Shown: in pieces, positions 13,556-26,944 of the stretch
Position numbering within the stretch: position 1 is the first letter of the stretch
Layout of the letters: the number at the start of each line of letters is the position of its first letter
Assembly (NCBI RefSeq): GCF_001194135.2
Contig: NC_068981.1
Location: 198,949,315-199,013,314 of the forward strand
Length of the DNA stretch: 64,000 nucleotides
Source of the DNA: Octopus bimaculoides
Lineage: Eukaryota
Reading direction: 5' to 3'
Notes under the pieces: generated by a model
Databases searched by the model: none
Told to the model about the DNA's origin: nothing
Seen by the model: only the letters and a program-made list of their open reading frames with translations
Made by a program: the position numbers and the translations under genes

Positions 13556-15334
13556 ATTTTATACCAGGAAAAAAATGATGAATCCAGACATTATAAACTG
13601 TTTGTCTCTCGTGCTTTCTGTGTATCTGCTTCTCTTTCTCGTGAAAACATATTTTTACTATTGTTTCATTGAGAGAGAGAGAAAGATAAACAGTTTATAA
13701 CGTCTACATTGATCATCATCTCTCTGGTATTAAAACTCTTTCAATTCTCAGAGAAGTGATAAAACCTCTTCCATTCTTTGGAAACCCCACTTTTTATTTA
13801 ACTATTTTTTTGATTGCCATTATGACAAACTCAAAACTGTTCCAGTCTATGGACCCATCTATATGGGTTCATATGCATTACATATGCCTTGCACTTTATT
13901 ATACAGCTCTCTAGTTTTTGTTTCTTTTTGGCCAATATTTATATTTAAATAAGATAAAATGCATGACCTGTCTACTTTCCAAAGAGGACAGATTGTTGGA
14001 GTATGGATGGCTGGAGTTTCAGCCACTAAAACTGGTGAATTGTTTAATGTTCCAAGAGATAGAGTCTTTAAAATCATATCAGCATTCCAAAACCAAAGTG
14101 AAACCATAGTTCTGGTAAGCANNNNNNNNNNNNNNNNNNNNNNNNNNNNNNNNNNNNNNNNNNNNNNNNNNNNNNNNNNNNNNNNNNNNNNGGATGGAAA
14201 GCAAAGCCCAGAGAATAGTGAAAGGTAGTGTGTCTAAAAAAAGGCATCAAACTACAGCAGCACAGGTGAGGGCAGGGCTAAAGGCCCTCCATCTTGCTGA
14301 CCATGTCTCAATCAACGCTGTTCATCATGAGCTCCATAAAACTGGATAGAAAGGAGGAAGGGTTGCCATTGCTGAATGTCTCCTGTACCCCATCATCAAT
14401 ATTGAGAAATGTAAAAAGTCATGTCTAGATTATCAAAAGTGGTCCCAGAAACAATGTCCATTTCTCCCTGATGAATCACCAGTCACCCTTTTTACCAATT
14501 TGGGGAAAGTTCCATAGATGGAACTTGCCTGATGGTAGCACAATCATCCAAGATGATAATATAACCTCTTCGCATGGTTAATGCTATTCAAAATAAATAC
14601 AAAGAGCTCAAAAATGAAGAAGACCAACTGGATTGGACCCCAAAATCACCAGACTTCAATAGAATCGAATGTTTATGGTGTAATTTAGAGGAGCAAATGC
14701 GGAGCCACTTCCCTCTGCCATCAGCACTGAAAGAGTTAAATCAGGTTGAAAATTTCCCCCCAACAACCATTCAGAATGTGTATGAGTCAATTTCTTCGCA
14801 TATTCAAGGCATGATTGATGCCAAAGGTGGACCAACCCTGTATTAAATAATAAAACTTCCACTGAATAAGTAGTTTCCATTATGTTTTCCATGGACCCCT
14901 TGCTTAAATAGTGGCCACTGATGGAGTCACATTGGATTGCAGATCCCCCAAGTTTTATAATTGTAATATCAAAATTCATTAACAATAAATCAACTTTTGA
15001 CAGTTCATCAATTTTTTAATATTTAAGAACTGGTTGTCTCAGTAATGTTACCCCAGTGGTGGGTGGTGGGATGGGAAGGTGGGAGCCATATTTGATTGTT
15101 ATTAATTCTTCCAGACTTTCTGACATTTTTGTAATTACAATAAATTAACATTTAGTGCCAATTATCTTTAATATAAGCTTCACATAAACGAAGGCTCATT
15201 AATGAAACCTAGTCAATCCCAATATGAATCATCATAATTAAAGAAGCTTGCAACATATGTCGGAATATAAGTGATAATTTCTCAATAGAATGGTATATCT
15301 GTGATGGCTCTCCCATTCCAAGATTTTCCTTCAG

Positions 15335-15373
15335 TCATTTAAAACAGTGTTTATTGAAGAAGACAGTCTTTTG
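15335..15373 (+). CDS. Candidate 39-nt exon (SFKTVFIEEDSLL, phase 0-0)
   Basis: attttccttcag|...TTG|gtaagc, in unique sequence. Confidence 0.3.
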
Positions 15374-16349
15374 GTAAGCGTTTTGGAGAAATAACTACTA
15401 ATAACAAAACAGAAGTTATTTCTAGTTCCATAAATCTGTCTTTGTATTAAATTCCAGATTTATCATTAATTCATATTTTGGCACCAACATAAAAAAAATA
15501 TTCCGAGTAAATCAAATATTTTGGCCCATCTTAACTTCTTTAAATAATCTATTATTGTCAGTTTCTTTTTTCTTTTGTCTTTTTTGGATGATGTCAGCTG
15601 ACGAGTAATGAAAGCCAGTCTAGATTGTTTCAATAATTAAAATAGCTCGACAATAGATTACAGCCAGAAATACAGCAACATCACCAGTTTTTTTTTGTTT
15701 TTTTAAACTAATATGTAATAATTCCCAAAGTGGAAACTAATTAATAAATGAATAAGAAATATTGCTAAAATGAAATGAAATGAAATGAAATAAATAAATA
15801 AAATTATCTCACTTTGAAAAATGCTTGTAAATCTATAGAAATAAGTGTATGGAAAGTCTTTAGAAATAAATGCATTCATCAGCAAATAAGTTGATCTGTA
15901 ATTTTCTATTGTAGCCAGGATACTTTGTCATTTCAACTACAAATGACTAACGATTTCACGAGAGACAGAAATGTTCTGATACCTTTGCTATCATTACCAT
16001 CTATGAAGTATTTGTAGAGCAATGCTACCTTTTATATATGGGATACAATTGCAGTTGGGTGTGTGTGTGTGCATGTGTAAGATGAGCGTAGCACAGTGTA
16101 ATGTTTTTAGTTCAAATCAGCATAAAACATATTGTAAATATATTTATTCATTCAAAATATAATTGCCATCATTAGCAATAATATATTCCCACTTTGAAAC
16201 CAGATTTCTGATTCTTCAGACAAAAAAAAAAAAAAAAAAAAACCCTCTGAGAAGAGAATCCAAGAAAGACTGAAGCAAAATGATTGGAGAACCATTTTCC
16301 CATTCATTGACTGTGAATGGCTTTCCACTGGCAAAGTGTTGTTCTAGTG

Positions 16350-16775
16350 ACCTAAAAAAGGGTGAGAAATGAATGCCCGTGCCAACAATAAACATTAGAA
16401 GCAGTGGTTATCACCAAATGAAAATCCAGTTCCATAACCAAATGAAATCTAAATGCAAAGAAGATTTTGCTGGGCATTTGCTGGAATAAAACAGATATTG
16501 TTCACTTTGAATTATTGGAACAAGGCAAAAAGCATCATAGAAAATTTTGTCAACATCTTGAATGTGTCAATCAAGTTTTGTTCAAAAAACAACCAGCTCT
16601 AGTCAGCCGAAAGAGATCCATCTTGAAAGTCAACATTCAGAGAGGACAACCCAAAAAAGATGAACCCATTCTACTAGGAAACTCTACCTCACTGTCCCCT
16701 TACTCAGCAGACCGAGTGCCATCAGGTTTTCTGACGATGGTTCACCTGACCGAAACCTTAAAGTCCCTGTGAGCC
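16350..16775 (+). mobile_element. Mariner transposase relic (DD34D catalytic region)
   Basis: KQWLSPNE, ICWNKTDIVHFELLEQG, QHLECVNQVLFKKQPALVSRK and PYSADRVPS, which resembles the mariner YSPDLAPSD motif. Confidence 0.8.
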
Positions 16776-18346
16776 ATTGGCTGCGGCATAGGCATTTTAT
16801 CAGGCTTAGTTTCTCTCGTCATTTAACGTCCGCTTTCCATGCTGGCATGGGTTGGACCGTTTGACTGAGGACTGGCAAGCCAGAAGTTCTGCACCAGGCT
16901 CCAATCTGATCTGGCAGAGTTTCTACAGCTGGATGCCCTTCATAACGCCAACCCTATGGTTAGATACTCTTTCCAGTGACAGTCAAGTTTACAGAATGTA
17001 CTGCATGCATTTTTGTGACACTAACACAACTGATGTTAAACAGTCGTTGGGGAACTCAGGACTAGACTGAGTGGTGAAGGGGTCCAATTCACAATTATGC
17101 TGCTTTAGAATCAATCATATGTTGCACCTTTGGGCAAGCACCTCTTCTACTACAGCTCGAAGAACAAAGGCTTGCGGGTAATTTTGGTAGGTAAAAACAG
17201 AAGTCTGTCATGTGTGTATGTCTCCTTGTTGAGGTGTCACATGCTGATTGTTATAAGAGCATCACTGTCATATTGTCTGTTGGCAATGTTCCATGAGAAA
17301 ATATCTAGAGAGGGAAATATTACCTCGCTTGAAAACAAGTGAGGGTGGTGAGAGGAGGGGCATTCAGCCATAGGAAATCAATCTCAATAAACTCTGTCCA
17401 ACCCATGCAAGCTGCAGAAATAGATGTGAAAACGATGAGGGGACACACACATGCATGCATACACATGTATGTATGTGTGTGTGTATTTAATCCCAGTTGT
17501 GAGGAAGAGTCCTTATGAGAGTCTTGTCCTGAAATCTTGATGAGAATGACACAGACAAGTTGCATTGTTGGAGCCTATTGTCAAACACAGAAAGTTTTGT
17601 TTTTATCATGAGTTCCTTATTTTCCCACAGAATAAGGGGATTTATTGAATAACATTTCTACAAGGAATTGACAATATTAATCCTTTCATCTCCAAATTTT
17701 AAAAGGTTTTCCTTGTCCCTGTATATCTACTAAATAGATGGATTTCTGGTGGCAGGAAGGAATGTATTTGATAAGGAAATATTTAATTGCTTCAGAGAAC
17801 ACACAGAGTACGTTGTTGGGTAGTGTTAACCTTTACGGAATAATTACAGAAAAAAATAGATTTTCTTTCAGAAACTTTTCTACTGATATTATTGAACAGA
17901 GTATAGAATCAGAGTATGGAACAGTATGGAATCACCGATATTGGTGTCCAGCATTGTAGTGATGGAACAAAATGTAATTAGTAAGCAATTAATCAACAAC
18001 TACCTTATATGTAGGTGATGAGAAAGGTGATTAGAACATTATAAAGTGTGTCAAAGATGACATTTATGAGGCCTTTAATTAATCTACCTACATCATCAAA
18101 TATATGCAGGCTTAGAAATTAATACAATTAGCCACATATCTTCAGTAATTTTATCAGCTGTCAGAGGAAATCTAGAACCTTTACAGTGGATGAAATAATC
18201 AGCAATAGTTGTGGCTAATGATGGAGATACAGATTTGTCTAAAAACACATTTTGTAAAGTTCTGCAAATCCTACTTCTCTCAATATATAGCAATGGGTTT
18301 TCCCTCCAGAAAAATCATGGCTAAAATCATTATCTTAGAAAGCCGG

Positions 18347-18377
<31 letters not shown>

Positions 18378-20041
18378 TTCTTCTGTCCACTTTCTAATGT
18401 TGATACAGGTTAGATGAGTCATCATGATCAGAGTCAATGCTTATTTCAAGTCATTGCCCACCTAGCTAGGTTAGAAGATCATATCTCACTCACATGCCTA
18501 ATTTCTTTGCTTGTTTTCTACAGCTGGATGCTCTTCCAAACACCAACCACTCTACAAAGGGTCCTGGCTGTATTTTATTCAGGCACTAACAACACCAATC
18601 GGACCTCTTCATCCATTCTGCTAATTCACCAATTTGACAAGAAAATAAATTAAGTTCTTATAAAATCTTAAATGATAGAAAATTCGAATTTTGATGAAAT
18701 ACACGGCCAATTTTTAAATTTCAGGGGAACTGAATGGTCCACAGTAGATGACTGGAATGTAGCTACTCCATACTATGTATATATAAGAAAAACAGGATTG
18801 AAATCCGTTCTCAACAGCCATTTAAGCTTACTGAAGTTACTTTTTATTGTTCTGATCAATTCATTTAAGTATTAGTACAGAAATGGTGATACAAAATGGT
18901 TTGTAGTAAGTTCTGTCAGTCACCACTGCCTCTCCTCTGACTTACTCTCAATTGACATTTACTCATCCCTTCCCTCACTCAAATCTGCTATGAATCCCTG
19001 CCACCCCTGTTCACCATTCACTCTGACCACCTCCACCCCATGTTTATATCCATCCCTCACTCTTCAATCGATCTTGAAATCTTTACTCACCATCCTCGAG
19101 TCTCCTGTCCTTAAGCTCTCTTCTATTCAGTTTCTTATCTCAGTCACCTTGAGGGTATATTCGGATGCTTCTTCATCCTTACATTTACCTCTCTTTGAGG
19201 AACCATTTAAAATACAAAGCAGCCATGGTTTTTTATGTTTCAAGTAATTTTGCTTCAACACAATGGTGTGACCTGTATGGAGCTTGTGAGGACATGAAGT
19301 GTGCTGTTTCACATTCATGGCAAAAAGATGTGGGACACATATAATCCATGTCATAGTTGCCAGTATGTGTGGCACACAAGTAGGACACCCTATTTCACTA
19401 CACTAGAATCAACAATCACTTCAAGAAAACCACATTTGTCACACACGACTTGAACTCAAAGAGTCACTAGCAATACAATACACGTGTTGTTACAACAAGA
19501 TATTATGACACTTGTAGCATTACTGTAACACCTACCTCATTTCTATAATATCTGAAATATTCACTAAACCATGGTAGTGTTACTACACCTATATCATTAC
19601 ACAACAATTCCTATATATATTGTACAGTAGTCTCAGAGAAACATCATACCAAACAAGAACCAAAACTGAACTGCTTTCCTACACATTACCTTCACCCCAC
19701 CCCCTTCAGTATCCCCTGGGTGGACACTCATGCCCTTACCGCACCAATGTTGTCCATGCACTGAAACTAATAAAAAAAAAAAAACTACTCCCTTTTTCTC
19801 TACATTAAAAGCAACACCCTTCTACATACTTTCATACAACGCTGTATAAAATAAGGGTTTGTTCATCAAATACAAATATTTATTATACCAAAAATACTGT
19901 GAAGCAACGGAAAGCAGCTTCAGTTGCTAGTTGAAACTTTTCTCATTTGCTGACCATTTTCAGATTGGCATTAATGTCACATTTTATGGTTAGTCTTCTA
20001 GAATGTAGCCATTGATAAATGACAGTTTTCTTTTATCTCAG

Positions 20042-20085
20042 ACTTTTCCAAAGAGTCAAGAAAACACAACATCAACTGGAAAACG
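20042..20085 (+). CDS. Candidate 44-nt exon
   Basis: gttttcttttatctcag|...ACG|gtaaac. All three frames are open, and the phase 1-0 reading (FSKESRKHNINWKT) joins the exon at 25451. Confidence 0.3.
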
Positions 20086-20212
20086 GTAAACTTAAAAAAG
20101 AGAAAAAAAAAAGTAGTTTGTTAATTTTGTAATGTTGCCTCAACATTGTCCTGATGTGATTGCAATATATTCCAATCATAACTACTTCACCAGTTTTTTC
20201 GGTTCAGATATA

Positions 20213-20585
20213 CTCTTTTACTTGTTTCAGTCATTTGACTGTGGCCATGCTGGAGCACCGCCTTTAGTCGAGCAAGTTGACCCCAGGACTTATTCTTTGT
20301 AAGCCTAGTACTTATTCTATCAGGCACTTTCACCGAACTGCTAAGTTACGGGGACATAAACACACCAGCATTGGTTGTCAAGCGATGTTGGGGGGACAAA
20401 CACAGACACACAAACATATATACGACGGGCTTCTTTCAGTTTCTGTCTACCAAATCCACTCACAAGGCTTTGGTCAGCCTGAGGCTATAGTAGAAGACAC
20501 TTGCCCAAGGTGCCACGCAGTGGGACTGAACCCGGAACCATGTGGTTGGTAAGCAAGCTACTTACCACACAGCTACCTCTACGCT
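20213..20585 (-). mobile_element. Near full-length tRNA-derived SINE (family B, CORE-like)
   Basis: The reverse complement has head GCTGTGTGGTAAG...GGTTCAGTCCC, GGCACCTTGGGCAAGTGTCTT (CORE-like) and tail GCTCCAGCATGGCCACAGTCAAATGACTGAAACAAG. Related copies lie at 24290, 27830, 28411, 34646, 54845, 55010 and 59000. Confidence 0.85.
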
Positions 20586-21139
20586 TATGTAGCAACTAAA
20601 CTAACATTATATTGTCCTAAGTATCCTTCTGTTTTTAAGACATAAAGATATGATTTCAATGATATTTGGCTGCTATTTTTGTAGAGTGGCCAAGAACAGG
20701 TTCTTTTATTGACTCGATTGCAACATAGCTGTCTCCTATGATACAGTCTCTATCAGGTTGTACTAATAATAGATTTTGGACAATTTTTATTCTTAATAAT
20801 TTCCATTTCAATTATTTTGTAGAAGCCAATTGAACATTTTGCAATCAGTTTCAATAACGACAACAATTATAAGATTTCTTATAGAAAAACAAGAAAACTT
20901 GATTTCTTACACAAGAAATATTGTGGTTGATGATGATGATGAAATAATAAATATGGCCAAAATGTCATGAAGAATTTACTTCACTGAACAATCTTTAACA
21001 AAATCTTATTGCTCCATTCATTCACTTTCTTATCCTTGTTATATATTATCATTTTAATGTCTACTTTTTCTCCATTTTCTGCTCCTCCCCCCACCGTTCA
21101 TCCACTCACATGGCCTTGGCTGGCCAGAGGCTATATGAG

Positions 21140-21480
21140 AAGACATTTTCCCAAGGAGTTTTCCGAGCTGCCCTACCTTCGTAATCCCCATTAGACTCAT
21201 CCAACTCTTTCCGAATCCTCTGCACTCTCCTCAGATTGACACCCAAACACTCTGAAATGTTCATATTGGAGCTTCTAGCATGAATGCCGAGCAGTACAGC
21301 ATGTCGTTTCCAAATTTCTGGCAGACTGAATTGCAACATTGTGCCATTTTTCTTACAGATGGTGCCCAACTGGTCCTACTATACTGTGTAGTCAACAAAT
21401 TCAAAAGCAAACAATGTGCATGCATGAAATTAAAATGATAAAACGGCGACAATTTGCTCATCACACCCTGTTAAATCCCC
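21140..21480 (-). mobile_element. Tc1/IS630-like transposon 5' fragment
   Basis: HTH-type ORF PEIWKRHAVLLGIHARSSNMNISECLGVNLRRVQRIRKEL, preceded by a CAGGGTG...CAAATTGTCGCCGTTT terminus. Confidence 0.65.
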
Positions 21481-21489
21481 TCTACCTCT

Positions 21490-21740
21490 GCTCAATCTGA
21501 CTTAATTGTTACAGATGAATTTGTAACAGAATTAGAAAAAAAAATTGTATGTGTGGAAGCAAAACCAGGAGTCAAAGGTCCTCAAAGTCAGCTTAGCAAA
21601 GACCAGAGTTTTAGTAAGCAAGAAACAGACAAGTCTTTCCTTCCATCAAAGAAATAGCCTTGCTTGATATGTGGACAAAGAATAGGCAAATATTTCATAT
21701 GGTGTAGACAGCGCAAAAAATGGCACAGTTGCATGCTGTC
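21490..21740 (+). mobile_element. RTE LINE internal fragment
   Basis: Degenerate WKQ..ESK...NLAKT.VLVS followed by PCLICGQRIGKYFIWC...WH, homologous to 1100-1225. Confidence 0.7.
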
Positions 21741-21768
21741 TTTCCACCTTTGTTAGCCACTCCGTCGG

Positions 21769-21895
21769 CAGGGGCGGACTGAGCCATCAGTCAACAGGGG
21801 CCCACACTCTACATGTTAACTATTAAAACACACATTCAAGGGGGCCCCGTAAACAATTATGCCCAAGTGCCCTTAATACTTTCAATCCGCCCCTG
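21769..21895. mobile_element. hAT-type MITE, 127 bp
   Basis: Perfect 10-bp TIRs CAGGGGCGGA / TCCGCCCCTG. No clear 8-bp TSD because the element lies between two other insertions. Confidence 0.7.
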
Positions 21896-22752
21896 CTTAC
21901 CGGCCTGTTTCACAGCCCTCCCCAAAGTTCTTTACCTTCTTCCACATCTGGAATCAGTTCCTGGTGTTGGTCTTCCTCTATTTCCTCAAATAAACACCTT
22001 CTATTTGATTGGAACACTATCCTGTTTGAAACCTTTGCATCATATTTTTTCAATTCAGCCTTTTGTGTCAATTCCTTATGTACTCCTAGTTTTCCTCTTT
22101 CTTCTAACCTGTACTGTCCATTCAATTTTCTCATAACTTCCTTCTTCTTGAGTTCTCCTCTCATTATTCTATACAATTGTCCCAGTTCTTTCCATGTCTT
22201 TTCCAGCTTCATTCGTATTCTCTTCTTCCAGTTTGGTTCTTTCTTTCCATTTGCTTTTATAGCTTCAGTTTTTTGCTTGTACCCTATTATGTTAGCAGCA
22301 GCTACGATTAGCTGGTTTGTTTCTCTGATGTTTTCTGTTTTAATCAAGCTTAAAATGTCATTTACTTTGTCTGTGGCTTTCCTCACTTGTTTTCTGTCCA
22401 TACATCTTACATTTAGTGTTACTTCATTGTTCCCATCAGGCATTTTACCTTGCAACATTTCCAAAACGTCCTTCTCTTCACCATTCAAGTCTTGTGCAGT
22501 ACTTCCTGTCACTTGTCCATCTAGATCATCTTCATCTGTTACTTCATCAGTATTCTCTGGTTTCCATCTGCGCTTTCCATCTATCTCATGTTCTTCATCT
22601 CTAACCCCTTCGTTACCGCTTTCTGCTTCTGTTCTTTTTTCTCTCTTACCTTTCTCTAAATTTCTTCAATCTCTGCTCTCCATAATCCAGTTGTTCCTAC
22701 AGATTGCTCTTGCTTGGTCTGTCAGTCGGTGGGTAGATGCTTCAAAACCTCT
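21896..22752 (-). mobile_element. R4/Dong-clade non-LTR retrotransposon, pre-RT ORF fragment
   Basis: HRLTDQARAI..NNW, ETNQLIVAAA, EPNWKKRI, KLNGQY, FQSNRRCLFEEI, PDVEEGKELWGG, all typical of the R4/Dong region upstream of RT. Confidence 0.8.
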
Positions 22753-25450
22753 TATTATTATTATTATTGTTGTTTTTATTATTATTCTGCCCTTTGCCCT
22801 TTGTGTGTTGCCAGTCATCACCTCCTCTCCTTTACTTTCCCTCCAATTCATATTTACTATGGGTCACCACTCCACCATTCATTACATTCACTCCACCCCA
22901 TTCCTACACTCCATTTCTAACCCTAACCCCTCTCTACAAACTCTTGTAATCTCTACTCGCCCACTTTCTCCTCATCTTCACTTCCCACATCCCCCCCCTA
23001 TTCAATTTCTGCACTTTGAGGCTATACTCTCTTCTGCTTTCTACCCCCATTACTCCCCCCACCCCCACCACTATTACGTAATGCAAGGTGACCACGTGTC
23101 GCTTGTACACCAAGAAACCAGTGCCTGTTATTTTACTATCCTTTACTCTCTCAGCATCTAACCTAAAATCACCTCCCTCCCTCCCCCCTCCCTCTCAACT
23201 ACACCACCATTCAGTTATGGAGGCTCCACAACCTTGCAAGGTAATGGTGACCTCACAAGAGCTGGTGCCCTGAAAGAAGCAAAACTCTCACTCTGTGAAG
23301 TGGGAGGTGTTAGGAAAGCCATCCAGTTGTACAAACACATGCCAGACCAGGACACACTCCCCTCACATCAGATCCTGTTGATCCGTCCAACCCAGGCCAG
23401 CAGGGAAGACAGGCATTACATGAGGAGGATGATAGTTTTATATAATTAGACCAGTTTGCATAAGTATTTTCTAAAATCTCTAAATGGCTGTAAGTAATCA
23501 CCAAAAATCTATATTGAAAGGTCATGCCCGTTGTCTCCTCCAGGGAAGTCCCGGCTTACAAGCAAGGGCAGAACGAAGAAATATCAAACATAGATATTAA
23601 TAACAACATAGATTGGCAGAGAATTATGCATTTGGATAATAATGTTGCTTGTCTCAGAGTCGTTATTTCAGAACAGACATTTATAGAGAAACATTGAAAT
23701 AATTAGTTCTAGAAACTGTGTCCTTCACATTCAGCAGAAGACATGCAAACAGTAACTCGAAACAACAATCACGTAATATTTATTGCTAGTTCAGTGCCTT
23801 TTTGGGTTTTGTTTGTTTTTCCTTCTTTTTTTTTTTATTTGAGGATAATCCAGCTCAAGTAGTATTAACAATAATCTGTTAAAAGGTCAAACAGTTTTGT
23901 GAAAAAGTGCCATGTGAGCTGAAGTAACTAACCTGAGGAAATAAATTATCAGCCTACAAACAAAAAAACAACAAAAAAAAAAGGCTAATGAAATATTGAA
24001 GTAGAACAATTCTAACAGGTTTTGAAATTGTAACACACACAGAACAACAACGACAACAACAAAATTTATTTTAAAACTAAAACATTCTAGTTTATATTAA
24101 TAAAGTTTAGTTGCATGTCCCAGAGGTTCCAAAGACATTTACTTGACAAATATGGCTTCCTCTTGAACAACCATAAAACTTGTTTCTGTAGGAAATGGTT
24201 AAACTGGATAAATTTCTATGGATGATATAGAGATAAGCTGAAAGACAACAGCTACTCTGTTGAAAGATGAACAAAAAACACTGAGATACCAAATGCTGTG
24301 TGCTAAGAAGCTTGCTTCCTAATCACATAGTTCTGGGTTCAATCCAACTGCATGGCACCTTGGGCAAATGTCTTCTACTGTAGCCTCGGCTTGACCAAAG
24401 CCTTGTGAGTAGATTTGGTGGACAGAAACTGAAATAAGCTCATCCTAAATACACACACACACACACGTGTTCATATTTGGAGCGACTGCCCTCCTGCACA
24501 ACCAGAGGACTACATTTCATTAGGCCATTTCTAACCCTGACCACTTAACAGAGTTGTGGTACCCACACCACAGAAACAAGAGAAAAGACCCTGCCTTTCA
24601 ACTCTATGATGTCTTCACTTGTCTGCCAACCAATGTACAGAGTGTCCTTGGTGCACTGGGTTGCTATGTACCCTGTAAAACTGCAGGGGATCATCACTGT
24701 TTTAGCTGACATCATTTGTTCAAGCCAGCACAGCCAATGTGGGAGGGATTAGAGAGGGGGAAATTAGAGAAGATAGGGTAGGAGGGAGAAATAGGAGTAT
24801 GGTGGGGAAGGAGAAATGGCAGAGAAGCATATTAAGATGTAGAAAAGTCCGGGTGGAGAGAGAATCCTAAGGATGTCTTCCCCAGGACTAGGTTTAGCTA
24901 CCTCAGAAATCCTTATAATTAGAACCTGCCAGGGTTTGTATCAACAACCAATTAACATAAATTAATTAACAGATGAAATGATGAGTGAAGACAAGGATCA
25001 TAAGATCATCAATGTCACAGATAAGGGTCTCCTTCAGTTCAGTTGAAGCTTAAAAAGAACCATACCACCTCCTCAGGATCATCACTTGCCCTTTTCCATG
25101 TTGATCTATCAGTGGAAGCTTCTAAGTGGCAACTCCACATGCAAGTGATAGTAATTAAATCCTCTTAAAACACACTCTACCAGAAGGACACATTAAACAA
25201 TGACGTGTTAGATATATAAGGTCACAACTGAAAAACATTTCATCATAGGTGTGACCAGTTCAGGCTGACCTAGGGCTAAACAACGTCATATTACAGGCAG
25301 AATAGCAAAAGATGACATTAATGGCAGCACAGTTCCTGGACAGTTCCTGCACTTTAAACCAACTAAAATTCTTCAAATCAATGTGGAAATTTTATTTCTA
25401 GTTTCATATACACAAGTTTCTTATTTATTTCTTTTGATTTAATCTATCAG

Positions 25451-25552
25451 CCCAACGCTGCCAAAAGTTCTATAGATGAAAGTCCAAAATTAAAATATGC
25501 AGACTGTGAGAAAGACAAAGATGCCAAGAGTACAAGAGTGTCTTGTGATTAA
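25451..25552 (+). CDS. Probable terminal coding exon (PNAAKSSIDESPKLKYADCEKDKDAKSTRVSCD*) of an unidentified gene
   Basis: Pyrimidine-rich acceptor cttttgatttaatctatcag|, 33 open codons of charged composition, TAA at 25550-25552, AATAAA at 25570-25575. An alternative frame (PTLPKVL*) cannot be excluded. Confidence 0.5.
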   Translation, partial: PNAAKSSIDESPKLKYADCEKDKDAKSTRVSCD

Positions 25553-26944
25553 AAGAAGAGAATGGTGTAAATAAACAATAATTGAATAGAAACAGAAATA
25601 AGCATTGATAAATAATAGACAATGAAATGTTTTACGTTTATAGTGGAAGGCCATACTGAAACATGAATTATAAAGAAGTCATTGGAAGGTGAAAGGTTAA
25701 TTAGTAAACTGTTTAATAATCTGTAATTATGCAATTGTCTATTTAAGTAGACAGAAGTTTTGGGACAAGTAATTTGTGTTCACTTACCTATTTAAAATAG
25801 AAAATATTACTCGTAAAAGATAGAAAAACCCTGCAAATATTTGTAAAACAGAAGAGGACTGGTACAGAATTATAGGAAAAAAATCATTAGAAAATGCTTT
25901 ATGATTCTCCATGTATTGAAGAAATGTTATGAAAGGGATCAATAGATATCTACACACACAAGCATATGAGTACAAATACCTTCATACACACTTGTTCACA
26001 TATATACACACACACAATCATTCACACAAACTCAAATACATACATATGTACACACATCTAAACACAGTGAAAAACATAATAAACTGGTTGATACTTGCGT
26101 CAAAATGATTAATTAATGGCTGAATTAGGGGGAAATATAAAATTCTAAATAAATAAAGGCAAAGGTGTGGCCATGAGGTTTGAGAAATTTGCTTTGTAAC
26201 TAAGTGGCTGCAGGTTTGCCAGTGGACTGGTTGGCAGAAAATGTGCTCAAGGCAGTGAGCTGGCAGAAACGTTAGCACACCGGGCGAAATGCTTAGCGGT
26301 ATTTTGTCTTCCACCCACTCCAATATAACGTCAGGTAACTGCACATCTATAGTAAGACACCTGTGCTTGTCCAGGGACCATCTTACTCTAGCTTAACATT
26401 CACCTGGCTTTAAGGCACCCCACTCTCTACTATAACCCCATGCAATTAAGGGCAGGGCATATCTTTGATTCAGGAGTTATTTGGCAAACTCACTAGTGCC
26501 AAGGGTATGACAAAAAAAAACAAAAACAAAAACCCACCAAAAGCACTCAATAAAGTGGTTAGCGTAAGGAAGGGCAGCCAGCCATAGAGACCACGCCCAA
26601 GCAAACACTGACCTCCAGTTCATTAGATTCTATGAAACCGTCCAACCTCTGCCAATATGGAAGATGGACGTTAAACCTTTTCTATACCTAAGACCATGCC
26701 TGGTTTATATGATACAAACTCAACTGTTTTAATGTGATCTGAGTTAAAGCCTTCCATCAAAATTTCAAAATAATTTATGTTCTAAACACCAGCTTAACAA
26801 TAACAAAAATATAATATTAAATTCTTCATTATTTTCAAAATTTATTGAAAGAATGGTAGTGCATGTCTACAGGAATATGGTAACAAAACAGTTAAATGAT
26901 GAGTATACACAAAAAACACACACACACACACACACATGCTGATA

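Larger units (their letters stand above)
12660..15135 (+). mobile_element. Degenerate Tc1-like DNA transposon with ~260-bp imperfect terminal inverted repeats
   Basis: Transposase relic at ~13959-14849: DLSTFQRGQIVG HTH start, WTPKSPDFNRIECLW, IDAKGGPTLY*. 12665-12930 is the inverted match of 14870-15130. Confidence 0.8.

Noticed and set aside
17738-18330. Possible old RT fragment
   Set aside because: No intact RT motif could be read.
22148-23161. 337-aa + strand ORF
   Set aside because: Antisense shadow of the purine-rich R4/Dong fragment and adjacent low-complexity sequence.
23524-23694. 57-codon + ORF after a good acceptor (ctcctccag at 23543)
   Set aside because: No donor or homology, and it could not be phased with neighbouring exon candidates.
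25775-25810. Minus-strand pyrimidine tract-AG|GTAAGT (recursive splice-site-like)
   Set aside because: No supported minus-strand transcript here, and the motif can arise by chance in AT-rich DNA.
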